The position numbers and the translations under genes were made by a program. Source: Lachnospiraceae bacterium (GTDB lineage: Bacteria; Bacillota; Clostridia; Lachnospirales; Lachnospiraceae). From it: a stretch of DNA of 64,000 nt. The notes under the pieces are model-generated. The model had not been told where the DNA came from. It saw only the letters and a list, made by a program, of their open reading frames with translations, and did not search any database. The stretch spans positions 4,002 to 68,001 of the forward strand of contig JAFXCD010000037.1 of NCBI GenBank assembly GCA_017521605.1. The letters run 5' to 3'. Positions 18,797 to 29,866 of this stretch are shown here, piece by piece. How positions within the stretch are numbered: the stretch's first letter is position 1; every line of letters begins with the position of its first letter.

Positions 18797-19441
18797 TTAT
18801 CTGTATATAATGTACTTACAAATGGGATTGCCCATGGAGGAAAACTTTTCCTCATACTCGGTCATAATATTACCCTCTACCAGCTTGGCATCTGCATGTA
18901 AGTCGTAAGTGATCACCTCTGCCTTCCAGCCTGCCGGCTCCAGTTCCTCCACTGCAAAATCAAACAAATCACGATTGTCCGTCTTAAACTCCAGCTTACA
19001 ATCCTTCTTTAATATTTTATTATAACGTGCTAAAAATTCTCTGGATGGAAGTCTTCTCTTGGCATGTCTGTCCTTAGGCCATGGGTCTGAGAAATTCAGG
19101 TAAATCTTATCCACCTCGCCCTCACCAAACACCTTGTCCACATCCTCCGCATCCATACGCAAAAACTTCAGATTGGGCAACTCCTCCTGTTCCATCTTCT
19201 GGATCGCACGAATCAGTACACTGGAATACTTCTCCACTCCCACATAATTTATATCCGGGTGCAGCTTAGCCAGTGCATGAATAAACTGGCCCTTACCCAT
19301 ACCGATTTCAATATGTATAGGATTATTGTCTCCAAAAATTTCTGCCCATTTCCCGGGCTTTTCAAACATCTCTGTCTCCGGTACCACATATGCACTTTCT
19401 GCTATTGCCTCACGGGAACCTGCCACATTTCTTAAACGCAT
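18797..19441 (-). CDS. trmB: tRNA (guanine-N7)-methyltransferase
   Basis: EIGMGKG, NFSDPWPKDRHAKRRL, KTDN, TEYEEKF. Confidence 0.96.
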   Translation of the reverse strand: MRLRNVAGSREAIAESAYVVPETEMFEKPGKWAEIFGDNNPIHIEIGMGKGQFIHALAKLHPDINYVGVEKYSSVLIRAIQKMEQEELPNLKFLRMDAEDVDKVFGEGEVDKIYLNFSDPWPKDRHAKRRLPSREFLARYNKILKKDCKLEFKTDNRDLFDFAVEELEPAGWKAEVITYDLHADAKLVEGNIMTEYEEKFSSMGNPICKYIIYR

Positions 19442-19600
19442 CTTCTCTCTCCTCTTTTTGTACTAGCTACATCTTACATTATTTCCCCCAATTTGAAAAG
19501 CTACAATCTCTAAAACTTTCTTAAATTTTCCGGAAATTGTTTTGTTTTTCTCCTAAATAGTGTATGATAGAAAAGAATGATTTAGGAAAGGTATTATCAT

Positions 19601-21166
19601 ATGATTTTCAATAGAATACTCAAAAAATCCCTTCGGGGGCTTGCCCTCTCTCTGGGTCTTTTTACACTGGTCGGAACCATGCCTGTTTACGCTACGGAAA
19701 TCGAAGACCGTATTCTGGTTAACCAGTCCATGCCTGTGGATTCCAACCAATGGCAAAACTGGCCTGATGGCCCCATTGTCAGCGCGGAATCCGCTATTTT
19801 GATGGATGCCGATACAGGAGTAATTTTATACTCCAAAAACATCCATACCAAGCACTATCCTGCCAGCACTACCAAGATTCTGACAACGCTGATTGCAGCT
19901 GAAAGGTGTTCCATGGATGAAATGGTCACTTTCTCCTATAAAGCTACTCACGATATTGACCCGGGTAGCAATCACATTGGTCTGGATGCCGGTCAACAAC
20001 TTCCCATGGAAGACTGCTTAAATGCTATTTTGATTCGTTCGGCCAATGAAGTGTCCTTTGGTGTAGCAGAACATATTGCAGGCGATTCCTGGGAAGCCTT
20101 TGCCCCCATTATGAATGAGCGGGCCAAGGAACTGGGCTGCTTAAACAGTAATTTTGTGAATCCTAACGGTTTACCCAACGAAGAGCATGTAACCACTGTT
20201 TACGACATGGCTATGATAGGAAGAGCCTTTTTTGCCAATGACCTACTCTGCAAGATGACCCTGACCAAACAATTGCATCTTTACCCAAGTGCCAACCAGC
20301 CTGATGAAATCTGGGAAAATAACCAAATGGCACTGATACCCGGCAAAGAATATGCTTACGACTATCTGGTGGGCTGCAAAACCGGCTATACCAATGCTGC
20401 CAGAAGCTGTCTGGTCTCCTGTGCACAGAAGAATGGAATGAAGCTGATTTGTGTAGTATTTAAGGATGAAGCTCCTCACCAATATGAGGATACCATCGCC
20501 CTGTTTGAGTACGGCTTCAACAATTTTGAAAAGCGAAACATTGCTGACAACGAGACTAAATATAATATCAACAGCAATGACTCCTTCAGTAGCGGTACGG
20601 ATATTTTCGGAAGCTCTGAAGCACTGCTGCTCCTTAATCAGGATGACTATATTATTTTACCCAAAAACGCCGTTTTTTCCCAGGCAACCCCTTCCATCAG
20701 CTACGACAATCTAACCGGCAAGGAAGCAGCTCGTCTTACCTATCATTATTATGATGCTTTTGTGGGGCAAGCCTCTGTGGATATTAATACGAATCATCCC
20801 GACTATACCTTTGAATCAGCGGACAGTGCAGAGTTTAATACCCCCTCTGACAAACAGGCAGACCATGTCTCAAAGGAAAAAAACGACCAAGAAAAGGAAC
20901 CTTCCTTCTTCTTTATTAACTTAAAAAAGGTATTTATCTTTCTGGGAATTATTGTAGGTTGTCTGGCAGTTCTGGCACTGGTTTTGTTATTTTTGCGTAA
21001 CTATCAAATCAACCCCACCAGGGGCTCACGAAACATGTGGCGAAGCACCCGGCGAGGACGTAACGGACGTTACAGGCGTCAAAACATTTCCACCGATTTA
21101 CAACAAAAGCGAAGAAGACAAATTGCAGAAGCAAAACGCAGACAAAGAAGAACAAGGCGGCGCTAA
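19601..21166 (+). CDS. D-Ala-D-Ala carboxypeptidase (S11), C-terminally anchored
   Basis: PASTTK (SxxK), SAN (SxN), KTG; signal peptide and C-terminal TM helix. Confidence 0.92.
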   Translation: MIFNRILKKSLRGLALSLGLFTLVGTMPVYATEIEDRILVNQSMPVDSNQWQNWPDGPIVSAESAILMDADTGVILYSKNIHTKHYPASTTKILTTLIAAERCSMDEMVTFSYKATHDIDPGSNHIGLDAGQQLPMEDCLNAILIRSANEVSFGVAEHIAGDSWEAFAPIMNERAKELGCLNSNFVNPNGLPNEEHVTTVYDMAMIGRAFFANDLLCKMTLTKQLHLYPSANQPDEIWENNQMALIPGKEYAYDYLVGCKTGYTNAARSCLVSCAQKNGMKLICVVFKDEAPHQYEDTIALFEYGFNNFEKRNIADNETKYNINSNDSFSSGTDIFGSSEALLLLNQDDYIILPKNAVFSQATPSISYDNLTGKEAARLTYHYYDAFVGQASVDINTNHPDYTFESADSAEFNTPSDKQADHVSKEKNDQEKEPSFFFINLKKVFIFLGIIVGCLAVLALVLLFLRNYQINPTRGSRNMWRSTRRGRNGRYRRQNISTDLQQKRRRQIAEAKRRQRRTRRR

Positions 21167-21242
21167 TTCTGTTTTCAAAGACAGCATTTTCTAAATCCCC
21201 TTGCAATTTTATATCATTGGGCGTAAAATATATCATGATAAA

Positions 21243-21330
21243 TAAACGGGAGCTTGTGTTACAGGCTGAGAGGAAGGTATGACCTTCGACCGAGAACCTG
21301 ATTTGGATAATGCCAACGTAGGGATGCCTG
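21243..21330 (+). ncRNA. TPP riboswitch
   Basis: GGGAGC...GCTGAGAG...GACC...ACCTGAT..GGATAATGCC.ACGTAGGGA, directly upstream of the thi operon. Confidence 0.93.
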
Positions 21331-21363
21331 ATACAAGGATATTAGGAAGAACACTGCTTATTT

Positions 21364-21396
21364 AAGGAAGTTACCAAATCGGTAGCTTCCTTTTTT
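21364..21396 (+). terminator. Riboswitch expression-platform terminator
   Basis: GGAAGTTACC/GGTAGCTTCC followed by a T-tract. Confidence 0.85.
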
Positions 21397-21417
21397 ATTG
21401 TTTTTGGAGGTGTTTTT

Positions 21418-21612
21418 ATGGTAAAAATCAACGGCAGCGAACTAAATGTTGCAGGTCAGACAGTAGCAGAATATCTGACCACTACAAACTATGACCCTAA
21501 AAGAGTAGCAATCGAGTGCAACGGAGATATCATACCCAAAGCACAATATGGCGACAAAAAGCTGCAGGACGGCGACTGTGTAGAAATTGTCAGTTTTGTA
21601 GGAGGTGGTTGA
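21418..21612 (+). CDS. thiS: Sulfur carrier protein ThiS
   Basis: 64 aa ending EIVSFVGGG. Confidence 0.95.
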   Translation: MVKINGSELNVAGQTVAEYLTTTNYDPKRVAIECNGDIIPKAQYGDKKLQDGDCVEIVSFVGGG

Positions 21613-22249
21613 TCTGATTATAACCAAAAGTGACTGGGACAAGGCTTTATCTGAGCGACACAGCCAAGATGTACAAAAGAGCTTTTCAAGTGCAACTGTT
21701 GCAATCTGCGGTCTTGGTGGACTTGGTTCTAATATTGCCATTTCTCTTACAAGAGCCGGTATCGGCAAACTAATCCTCATTGACTTTGACCGAGTGGATA
21801 TCACCAATTTGCACCGCCAGCAGTATAAGGCTTGTCAGATTGGAAGATATAAAACAGAAGCCCTGAGTGAGAATCTGAGAGAGATAACACCATACATAGA
21901 ACTTAAAAGACATACAGTACGTATAACAGAAGAAAATATAGCAGAGCTTTTACAAGATGCTGATATTATCTGTGAAGCTTTTGACGACGCAGAAGCCAAG
22001 GCAATGCTTACAAATATTGTCCTTGAAACAATGGCCGATAAGTATCTTGTTGCAGCCTCCGGTATGGCAGGAATGGGAAGTACCAACACTATTCAAACGC
22101 GCAAAGTATCCAATCATTTTTATCTCTGCGGTGACGGAGCCAGTGATGTGGCAGAGGAAGGCAGCCTTGTTGCTACCCGCGTGATGCTCTGTGCAGCACA
22201 TCAGGCGCATACTGTGCTCAGAATTTTAACAAAACAATTTGAAATTTAA
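21605..22249 (+). CDS. thiF: ThiS adenylyltransferase
   Basis: GLGGLGS, DFDRVDITNLHRQ. Confidence 0.93.
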   Translation: MVDLIITKSDWDKALSERHSQDVQKSFSSATVAICGLGGLGSNIAISLTRAGIGKLILIDFDRVDITNLHRQQYKACQIGRYKTEALSENLREITPYIELKRHTVRITEENIAELLQDADIICEAFDDAEAKAMLTNIVLETMADKYLVAASGMAGMGSTNTIQTRKVSNHFYLCGDGASDVAEEGSLVATRVMLCAAHQAHTVLRILTKQFEI

Positions 22250-22266
22250 GAAAGAAGGAAAAGTAA

Positions 22267-23037
22267 ATGAACAACGATAAGCTGAACATTGGCGGACACG
22301 AATTTAATTCTCGTTTTATTCTCGGCTCAGGAAAATATTCTATGAAGCTCATCGAATCCGCAGTAAAAGATGCAGGTGCAGAGATTATCACACTTGCCGT
22401 TCGCCGTGCAAACACTAAGGAACAGGAAAGTATCCTTGATTATATACCTGAAGGAATTACATTACTTCCCAACACAAGCGGTGCAAGAAACGCAGAAGAA
22501 GCTGTCCGTATAGCAAGACTCGCCCGCGAACTTGGCTGCGGTAATTTTGTAAAAATTGAAATTATGAGAGATTCTAAGTATCTGCTCCCAGATAATCAGG
22601 AAACCGTCAAAGCAACTGAAATTCTAGCCAACGAAGGTTTTGTGGTTATGCCGTATATGTATCCTGACTTGAATGTAGCACGCGACCTTGTGAATGCCGG
22701 AGCAGCAAGTGTCATGCCCCTTGCATCTCCTATCGGTTCCAACAAAGGACTTGCAACAAAAGAATTTATTCAGATTCTTATTGATGAAATCGACCTACCT
22801 GTTATCGTAGACGCAGGTATCGGCAGACCCTCACAGGCTTGTGAAGCAATGGAAATGGGTGCCGCTGCAATTATGGCAAACACCGCACTGGCTACTGCAG
22901 GGGATTTACCCATGATGGCTTCTGCATTCAAAAACGCAATTGAAGCAGGTCGAAAAGCATACCTTTCCGGACTTGGCAGAGTATTGACCCGTGGTGCATC
23001 TGCATCTGATCCTCTGACCGGATTTCTGAGAGATTAA
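22267..23037 (+). CDS. thiG: Thiazole synthase
   Basis: [32 protein letters not shown]. Confidence 0.96.
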   Translation: MNNDKLNIGGHEFNSRFILGSGKYSMKLIESAVKDAGAEIITLAVRRANTKEQESILDYIPEGITLLPNTSGARNAEEAVRIARLARELGCGNFVKIEIMRDSKYLLPDNQETVKATEILANEGFVVMPYMYPDLNVARDLVNAGAASVMPLASPIGSNKGLATKEFIQILIDEIDLPVIVDAGIGRPSQACEAMEMGAAAIMANTALATAGDLPMMASAFKNAIEAGRKAYLSGLGRVLTRGASASDPLTGFLRD

Positions 23038-23038
23038 G

Positions 23039-24301
23039 GTGAACGCTATGGAAAATCAGTTTTTTGTGGATTCAGCGTATCTGTCACCGGAAACACTTGC
23101 CAAAAAGCACCTTCTTGAAACCGACCCATCCTCCCGTAAGAACCATATGGAATATTTGCCGGGAATGGAAGTGATTGAGTCGGATGTTTGTGCAAACGTT
23201 ATGACACAGATGAACTCCTATGACTATTCAAAATACACCGCTGCAGATGTAAAGGCGGCATTGGAACACAACACCTGTACAATTGAAGATTTTAAAGCAC
23301 TCCTTTCCCCTGCAGCAGAACCCTTTCTCGAGCAGATGGCACAAAGAGCAAGGGTTGAAACAAGCAAACACTTTGGTAACACCGTCTATCTGTTCACACC
23401 ACTTTATATAGCAAACTATTGCGAAAATTACTGCGTGTACTGTGGTTTCAACTGTTATAACCACATTAAGCGTATGAAGCTTTCCATGGAGCAGATTGAA
23501 AAAGAAATGCAAGTGATTGCCAATAGTGGAATGGAGGAAATCCTTATTTTGACCGGCGAAAGCAGGGGGCAGAGTAATGTAGAGTATATTGGCGAAGCCT
23601 GCAAATTGGCACGCAAATATTTCCGTATGGTAGGGCTTGAAATATATCCTGTTAATACAGAAGAATACAGGTATCTCCACGAATGTGGTGCAGATTATGT
23701 AACGGTATTTCAAGAAACCTATGATACAGATAAATACGAACAACTGCATCTGCTCGGTCATAAGCGTGTATGGCCCTACCGCTTTGATGCCCAGGAAAGA
23801 GCCCTCATAGGCGGCATGCGTGGCGTTGCTTTTTCTGCATTGCTTGGACTTTCAGATTTCCGCAAAGATGCATTAGCCAGTGCTCTGCACGCTTACTATC
23901 TGCAAAGGAAATATCCTCATGCTGAACTATCCCTGTCTTGTCCAAGACTTCGCCCTATTATTAACAACGAGAAAATCAACCCCTTGGATGTTCATGAAAA
24001 GCAGCTATGCCAAGTGCTATGTGCGTACCGTATCTTCTTACCTTATGTTGGTATTACGGTATCCTCCCGTGAGAGTGCAGAGTTTAGAAATGGTATTGTA
24101 AAGATTGCGGCAACAAAGGTCTCCGCAGGTGTTTCAACCGGTATTGGTGATCACGAAAGCAAATACTCAGGAAAAGAAACCGGTGCTGTGCAGGGCGATG
24201 AGCAGTTTGAAATTGATGATAATCGTAGTTTGGACAAGATGTATAAGGATATTGCAGCAGAAGGACTTCAACCGGTTCTCAATGACTATTTGTATGTGTG
24301 A
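23039..24301 (+). CDS. thiH: 2-iminoacetate synthase (radical SAM)
   Basis: NYCENYCVYCGF, FQETY, SAGVSTGIG. Confidence 0.95.
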   Translation: MNAMENQFFVDSAYLSPETLAKKHLLETDPSSRKNHMEYLPGMEVIESDVCANVMTQMNSYDYSKYTAADVKAALEHNTCTIEDFKALLSPAAEPFLEQMAQRARVETSKHFGNTVYLFTPLYIANYCENYCVYCGFNCYNHIKRMKLSMEQIEKEMQVIANSGMEEILILTGESRGQSNVEYIGEACKLARKYFRMVGLEIYPVNTEEYRYLHECGADYVTVFQETYDTDKYEQLHLLGHKRVWPYRFDAQERALIGGMRGVAFSALLGLSDFRKDALASALHAYYLQRKYPHAELSLSCPRLRPIINNEKINPLDVHEKQLCQVLCAYRIFLPYVGITVSSRESAEFRNGIVKIAATKVSAGVSTGIGDHESKYSGKETGAVQGDEQFEIDDNRSLDKMYKDIAAEGLQPVLNDYLYV

Positions 24302-24311
24302 GGTAAAGAAC

Positions 24312-24962
24312 ATGAAAAAATTTGACTCCAGTTTGTACTTTATAACAGACAGTACAAACTACACTGAAGAAGAATTCCTATTCCGTATAGAACAGACTTT
24401 GCAAGGCGGCGTAACACTTCTCCAGCTCCGTGAAAAGGAGAAAAGTACAAAAGAATATATTGAACTTGCTGAGAAGGTGCACTACATTACCAAGCGTTAC
24501 AATGTACCGCTAATTATTGATGACCGTGTAGATGTAGCACTTGCCATTGACGCGGAAGGCGTTCATGTAGGCGCAAACGATATGCCGGTTGCAACCGCCA
24601 GAAAACTAATGGGCAATGACAAAATCGTTGGTGCTACAGCAAAGACCGTCCCTTGGGCAAAAGAGGCTTATGAACAAGGTGCTGATTACCTTGGTGTTGG
24701 GGCTATTTATCCCACTACAACCAAGGTGAAAACCGTTCTGACTTCTACCGATACCCTTCGGGATATTTGCAATGCGGTCCCTATTCCGGCAAATGCTATC
24801 GGCGGACTTAATAAAGACAACATCGGTATTCTCGCCGGTATCCCTATTGCAGGCATCTGCGTGGTATCTGCCATCATGAAAGCCGATAATCCACAAGAGG
24901 CAGCAGCAGAACTAAAAGCAAGAGCGCAGGAGCTTGGTTTATGCCAGGGTAAACTCCTCTAG
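24312..24962 (+). CDS. thiE: Thiamine-phosphate synthase
   Basis: QLREK, IIDDRVD, GVHVG, TTTK, AIGG; start at 24312 behind GAGGT. Confidence 0.95.
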   Translation: MKKFDSSLYFITDSTNYTEEEFLFRIEQTLQGGVTLLQLREKEKSTKEYIELAEKVHYITKRYNVPLIIDDRVDVALAIDAEGVHVGANDMPVATARKLMGNDKIVGATAKTVPWAKEAYEQGADYLGVGAIYPTTTKVKTVLTSTDTLRDICNAVPIPANAIGGLNKDNIGILAGIPIAGICVVSAIMKADNPQEAAAELKARAQELGLCQGKLL

Positions 24963-25004
24963 TGTTGCCACTCAAAACGATGCTGAAAACGAAAGGAGTC
25001 ACTT

Positions 25005-25808
25005 ATGAAAATGCAAACAGCATTAACCATTGCAGGAAGCGACTGTAGCGGAGGCGCCGGTATACAGGCAGATTTGAAAACCATGACGATGAATGGTGTT
25101 TATGCTATGAGTGCTATCACGGCGTTGACAGCACAAAATACCACCGGTGTAAGAGCGATTCAGGAATCAACACCTGAATTTTTAAAACAGCAGCTTGATG
25201 CAGTATTCGAGGATATTTTTCCCGATGCGGTTAAAATCGGTATGGTATCCTCTTCCAAACTGATTTCAGTCATCGCAGACAGGCTAAAATACTATAATGC
25301 AAAAAATATAGTTGTAGACCCGGTCATGGTTGCAACCAGTGGTTCTTCCTTAATTAAGAACGAAGCCGTAAAAACATTGATTGATGAACTTTTGCCTATT
25401 TCAACCCTTGTAACACCTAATATTCCCGAAGCCCGGGTACTTTCAGGCATTGAAATCAGAAGTGTTGTGGATATGGAGAAATCAGCAAAAATAATTGGTG
25501 ATACTTATTGCTGTTCTGTGCTTATTAAAGGTGGACACAGCATTAGTGATGCCAATGACCTTTTGTACTCCGGTGGTGAAATGATTTGCTTCAACGGCAA
25601 ACGGATTGATAACCCGAACACCCATGGAACCGGTTGCACACTATCAAGTGCCATCGCCTCCAATCTTGCTAAAGGACATGATATCAAAACCGCTGTTCAG
25701 AAAGCAAAAAGCTATATCTCCGCTGCGCTTTCCGCACAGCTTGATCTTGGTCAGGGTTCTGGACCCATGAATCATGCTTTTGAACTGACTGGTCAGTTTA
25801 CGAAATAA
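25005..25808 (+). CDS. thiD: HMP/HMP-P kinase
   Basis: TIAGSDCSGGAGIQADLK, DPVM, HGTGCTLS. Confidence 0.96.
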   Translation: MKMQTALTIAGSDCSGGAGIQADLKTMTMNGVYAMSAITALTAQNTTGVRAIQESTPEFLKQQLDAVFEDIFPDAVKIGMVSSSKLISVIADRLKYYNAKNIVVDPVMVATSGSSLIKNEAVKTLIDELLPISTLVTPNIPEARVLSGIEIRSVVDMEKSAKIIGDTYCCSVLIKGGHSISDANDLLYSGGEMICFNGKRIDNPNTHGTGCTLSSAIASNLAKGHDIKTAVQKAKSYISAALSAQLDLGQGSGPMNHAFELTGQFTK

Positions 25809-25834
25809 ATATGCTTGAAAGGAACCAAAAAAGA

Positions 25835-27005
25835 ATGAGAAATTATACTACACACTTGTATCGACCCCAATGGCGTAGGTTCTATGTTACGAACAAAAAT
25901 CAATGTGAACTTGGGTGTATCACGTGACTGCAAAGATTATGATATTGAAATGAAGAAAGTTATGGCAGCTGTAGACATGGGCGCTGAAGCCATTATGGAT
26001 TTATCATCTCACGGAAATACACAACCGTTTCGCAGGAAACTAACAAATGAATGTCCTGCAATGATTGGTACCGTTCCTGTTTATGACAGCGTTATACATT
26101 ATCAGAGAGACCTTGCCCCTCTTACTGCAAAGGATTTTATTGATGTAGTCCGTCTTCACGCTGAGGACGGTGTAGACTTTGTAACTCTTCATTGCGGTAT
26201 TACCCGTAAGACTATCGAACAGATTAAAAAACACAAGAGAAAAATGAACATCGTTTCCCGAGGTGGTTCCCTTGTCTTTGCCTGGATGAGTATGACTGGT
26301 GAGGAAAATCCGTTCTATGAATACTTTGATGAAATTTTGGAAATCTGCCGTGAATATGATGTTACCATTTCACTGGGTGATGCCTGTCGTCCCGGTTGCC
26401 TTGCTGACGGAAGTGATGTATGTCAGATTGAAGAACTGGTACGTCTTGGCGAGCTGACCAAGCGTGCATGGGAAAAGGACGTTCAGGTAATGGTGGAAGG
26501 TCCCGGCCATATGCCGATGGATCAGATTGAAGCAAATATGAAACTTCAGCAGACTATCTGTATGGGTGCGCCTTTCTATGTACTGGGCCCCATCGTTACA
26601 GATATTGCTCCCGGTTATGACCATATTACCTCTGCCATCGGCGGTGCTATTGCCGCAGCAAGCGGAGCCGCTTTTCTGTGCTATGTAACACCCGCCGAGC
26701 ATCTGGCACTTCCTAATGTAGATGATGTAAAGCAAGGCATTATCGCCTCTCGAATAGCTGCCCACGCTGCAGATATTGCAAAAAAAGTACCTCACGCAAG
26801 GGACATTGATGATGCCATGGCAGATGCAAGAATAACCTTTGATTGGGAAAAGCAGTGGGAATGTTCAATAGATCCTGAAACTGCCAAATCCATTCGTGAC
26901 AGTCGTGCTCCTGAACATGCCGACAGTTGTTCTATGTGTGGCAAGTTCTGTGCAGTCAGAAGTATGAACAAGGCCTTGAACGGAGAATACATTGATATAC
27001 TGTAA
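25835..27005 (+). pseudogene. thiC: Phosphomethylpyrimidine synthase with 5' internal deletion and frameshift
   Basis: [26 protein letters not shown] intact from 25884; the native-looking start MRNYTT at 25835 is out of frame and the main frame has TGA at 25836. Confidence 0.8.
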
Positions 27006-27027
27006 AGGAATTATCCCCAAACGTTAC

Positions 27028-27975
27028 TCACTTTTTATTTTTCTTTTTCCGCATCTGCTTGGCATGATCCTTCTTCTGCAGAATATCCTCCACATCCTGC
27101 TCGGAAATGAACTTAGTGGTTTTTATAATATACACTCCTCCATCATCCGTCTTACGGACTCTTGCCTTTCCTTTTAAATAACCATGCTTTTCACAATAAG
27201 CAATACAATAATAATTCTTACCATTGGCAGTAAACCACTTCACCTTTTTTCTTAAGTTTCTGCGACAAAGGTAACACTTACTGGAGCTGACCTCCCTGTC
27301 CTTAAAGGCTGCCACCTTGTCTGCGAATTCTCTGGAAATATACTTCTGATAGGTATTAAAGGTGATTTTGATTTCCTTGTCCCGACTCTTTGGCGGTACA
27401 TAGGTATCAAATGATACATTGGCAAATATTTCCTTATCAATCCGGCTTAACACCTTGGAGGTATAATAGGCATCACTAAAGGCCCTGTGAAAAGGAATAT
27501 CCTTCTCTATCTCCAGGTGATCCACAGCCCACTCCAGGGAGCGTCTGGCCTTTCTGTCCTCGAAAGCTATACTGAACAGCTTCTGCACATCCAGGAATTT
27601 TATGGGGCCCTCTGATAAAGGTTTCATCTCATAATAGCGCATATTTCGCTGTAGCTCTGTCAAATCCAAAGGTCCCCAGGTACAGAAGGTATATTCCTCC
27701 TCACCGCACCATTCCAGGAAGTCCTGCATCACCTTTACAAAGGGTTCGCCGCGCTTCAGCTCTTCAATGCGCATATGAATCAGCTTACTGGTGATATGGT
27801 GCATTTCCTGGTGCACCTGTGGCTTAATCAGCTTGCTGAATTCCCCCACCAGCTCCAAATCCTCATTCAGTTTTATGGCACCAATCTCAATGATTTCAAA
27901 GGAAAGCTCCGGATTCTCCGACTCCTTTGCTGCATTGCCCTGATTCCACTCCAAATCCAATACAATATAGTTCAT
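27028..27975 (-). CDS. DEDDh 3'-5' exonuclease with C-terminal Cys/His cluster
   Basis: MNYIVLDLEWNQ, EIIEIGA, HRAFSDA; start at 27975 behind GAGG. Confidence 0.88.
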   Translation of the reverse strand: MNYIVLDLEWNQGNAAKESENPELSFEIIEIGAIKLNEDLELVGEFSKLIKPQVHQEMHHITSKLIHMRIEELKRGEPFVKVMQDFLEWCGEEEYTFCTWGPLDLTELQRNMRYYEMKPLSEGPIKFLDVQKLFSIAFEDRKARRSLEWAVDHLEIEKDIPFHRAFSDAYYTSKVLSRIDKEIFANVSFDTYVPPKSRDKEIKITFNTYQKYISREFADKVAAFKDREVSSSKCYLCRRNLRKKVKWFTANGKNYYCIAYCEKHGYLKGKARVRKTDDGGVYIIKTTKFISEQDVEDILQKKDHAKQMRKKKNKK

Positions 27976-28000
27976 GGTTTTTCCTCGTCTTAGTAGTCTC

Positions 28001-28151
28001 GACTCAACAGCCCGTGCTTCGCACTTATTGCCACTTCCGTAACACTCGACAGCCCATGCTTCGCACTCATTGCTGCTTACGCAGCGGCTGTCTCGTTTGG
28101 GGCGCCTTAAAATCAAATGCCCACTCTGTGGGCGCTTGATTTTAATAGGCT
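28001..28151. repeat. Structured repeat plus hairpin downstream of proS
   Basis: Two copies of ACTCRACAGCCCRTGCTTCGCACTYATTGC (28002, 28054); stem TTAAAATCAA..GCCCAC/GTGGGC..TTGATTTTAA overlapping the proS stop. Confidence 0.65.
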
Positions 28152-29578
28152 TTTCCCCAATATACCATTTTCTTCGCTTTTGAGCCACAGCATACACAAG
28201 TGTCGCTAAGCTCTTCCTGTTCGAAAGGCATGCAACGGCTGGTTACGCTGAGCTTCTCCTTAATCACATCTTCACAGGTCTGTTCGCCACACCACATAGC
28301 TTTTACAAAGCCGCTCTTCTCGGTAAATACCTTTTCCAGCTCTGCAAAATCCTTTGCCACATAAGTGTGCTCTTCTCTATGTGCACGTGCTCTTTCCAGC
28401 ATTTCCTTCTGGATGGTTTCCATCAGCTCTGCTACCTTTGCCTCCAGCTCATCTAAAGAAACCTCAATCTTTTCTCTGGTATCACGACGACAAATTACAC
28501 ATTTATTTGCTTCAATATCCTTAGGACCGATTTCTACACGGATAGGATAACCACGCATTTCTGCCTCAGCAAACTTATATCCCGGAGTCTTGTCGGTGTC
28601 GTCCACCTTTACACGGAAATCAGCTTTTAATCTATCACGCAGCTCGTATGCCTTGTCCAGTACCCCTTCCTTCTTCTGCTGGATAGGGATGATGCAAACC
28701 TGTACAGGTGCTACCTTAGGAGGCATTACCAGACCTTCATTGTCACCATGTACCATGATGATGGCACCGATTAGACGGGTGGTCATACCCCAAGAGGTCT
28801 GATGTACATATTTCAAAGTATTATCCTTATCGGTAAACTGAATACCGAATGCCTTCGCAAAGCCATCACCAAAGTTGTGGCTGGTACCGGACTGCAAAGC
28901 CTTACCATCATGCATCAACGCTTCGATGGTGTAGGTTGCTTCTGCACCTGCAAACTTTTCCTTATCGGTCTTCTGTCCCTTTACAACAGGGATAGCCAGT
29001 ACCTCCTCACAGAACTGTGCGTATACGTTCAACATCTGAATGGTTCTTGCCTCTGCATCCTCAGCGGTAGCGTGTGCAGTATGTCCTTCCTGCCACAAGA
29101 ACTCTCTGGAACGTAAGAAAGGTCTGGTTTCCTTCTCCCAACGTACTACAGAGCACCACTGGTTATATACCTTAGGTAAATCCCTGTAGGACTGGATATC
29201 ATTCTTGTAGAAATCACAGAACAGGGTTTCAGAGGTAGGTCTTACACACATTCTCTCCTGCAAAGGATTTAATCCTCCATGGGTAACCCATGCTACTTCA
29301 GGAGCAAAACCTTCTACATGGTCCTTCTCCTTCTGAAGCAGGGACTCAGGAATAAACATAGGTAAGTATACATTTTCTACACCTGTTTCCTTAAACATAG
29401 CGTCCAGCTGTTTCTGAATCAATTCCCAGATTGCATAACCTGCGGGCTTAATCACCATACAGCCCTTTACACTGGTATAATCAATTAATTCTGCCTTTTT
29501 CACAACGTCTGTGTACCATTGTGCAAAATCCACATCCATGGAAGTAATCGCTTCCACCATTTTCTTGTTGTCTGCCAT
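28142..29578 (-). CDS. proS: Proline--tRNA ligase (archaeal/eukaryotic type)
   Basis: [33 protein letters not shown]-terminal zinc domain ending GKAY. Confidence 0.98.
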   Translation of the reverse strand: MADNKKMVEAITSMDVDFAQWYTDVVKKAELIDYTSVKGCMVIKPAGYAIWELIQKQLDAMFKETGVENVYLPMFIPESLLQKEKDHVEGFAPEVAWVTHGGLNPLQERMCVRPTSETLFCDFYKNDIQSYRDLPKVYNQWCSVVRWEKETRPFLRSREFLWQEGHTAHATAEDAEARTIQMLNVYAQFCEEVLAIPVVKGQKTDKEKFAGAEATYTIEALMHDGKALQSGTSHNFGDGFAKAFGIQFTDKDNTLKYVHQTSWGMTTRLIGAIIMVHGDNEGLVMPPKVAPVQVCIIPIQQKKEGVLDKAYELRDRLKADFRVKVDDTDKTPGYKFAEAEMRGYPIRVEIGPKDIEANKCVICRRDTREKIEVSLDELEAKVAELMETIQKEMLERARAHREEHTYVAKDFAELEKVFTEKSGFVKAMWCGEQTCEDVIKEKLSVTSRCMPFEQEELSDTCVCCGSKAKKMVYWGKAY

Positions 29579-29622
29579 TTTCTTTTTTCTCCTTTATATA
29601 AATTAATATGCACGTAGTAATG

Positions 29623-29820
29623 AGCCATGCCGGACTATGGCTAAATACTGCTCGTCGGGTGCTTGCACACGTAAGAGCATATTTAGACATTGGACGATAC
29701 GGCGAATGCCGCGACAACGAGCAAGCTTGCTTGCGAGTCTGTCGGCATGGCGTTAGTGCAATATCAGCCGAATGCCGCGACAGTGAGTAAACGTTAACTT
29801 ACGAACCTGTCGGCATGGCT
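29623..29820. repeat. REP-like multi-hairpin element upstream of proS
   Basis: Outer IR AGCCATGCCG/CGGCATGGCT; two units CGAATGCCGCGACA...CTGTCGGCATGGC (29703-29751, 29769-29819). Confidence 0.75.
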
Positions 29821-29866
29821 ACTCTCCACAAAACTGAAGTTTCTTCTCTATTACACCTTCAATTAT

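Noticed and set aside
27976-28197. 74-aa N-terminal extension of the exonuclease ORF
   Set aside because: It reads through a palindromic repeat and overlaps proS; the DEDD motif and RBS indicate a start at 27975.
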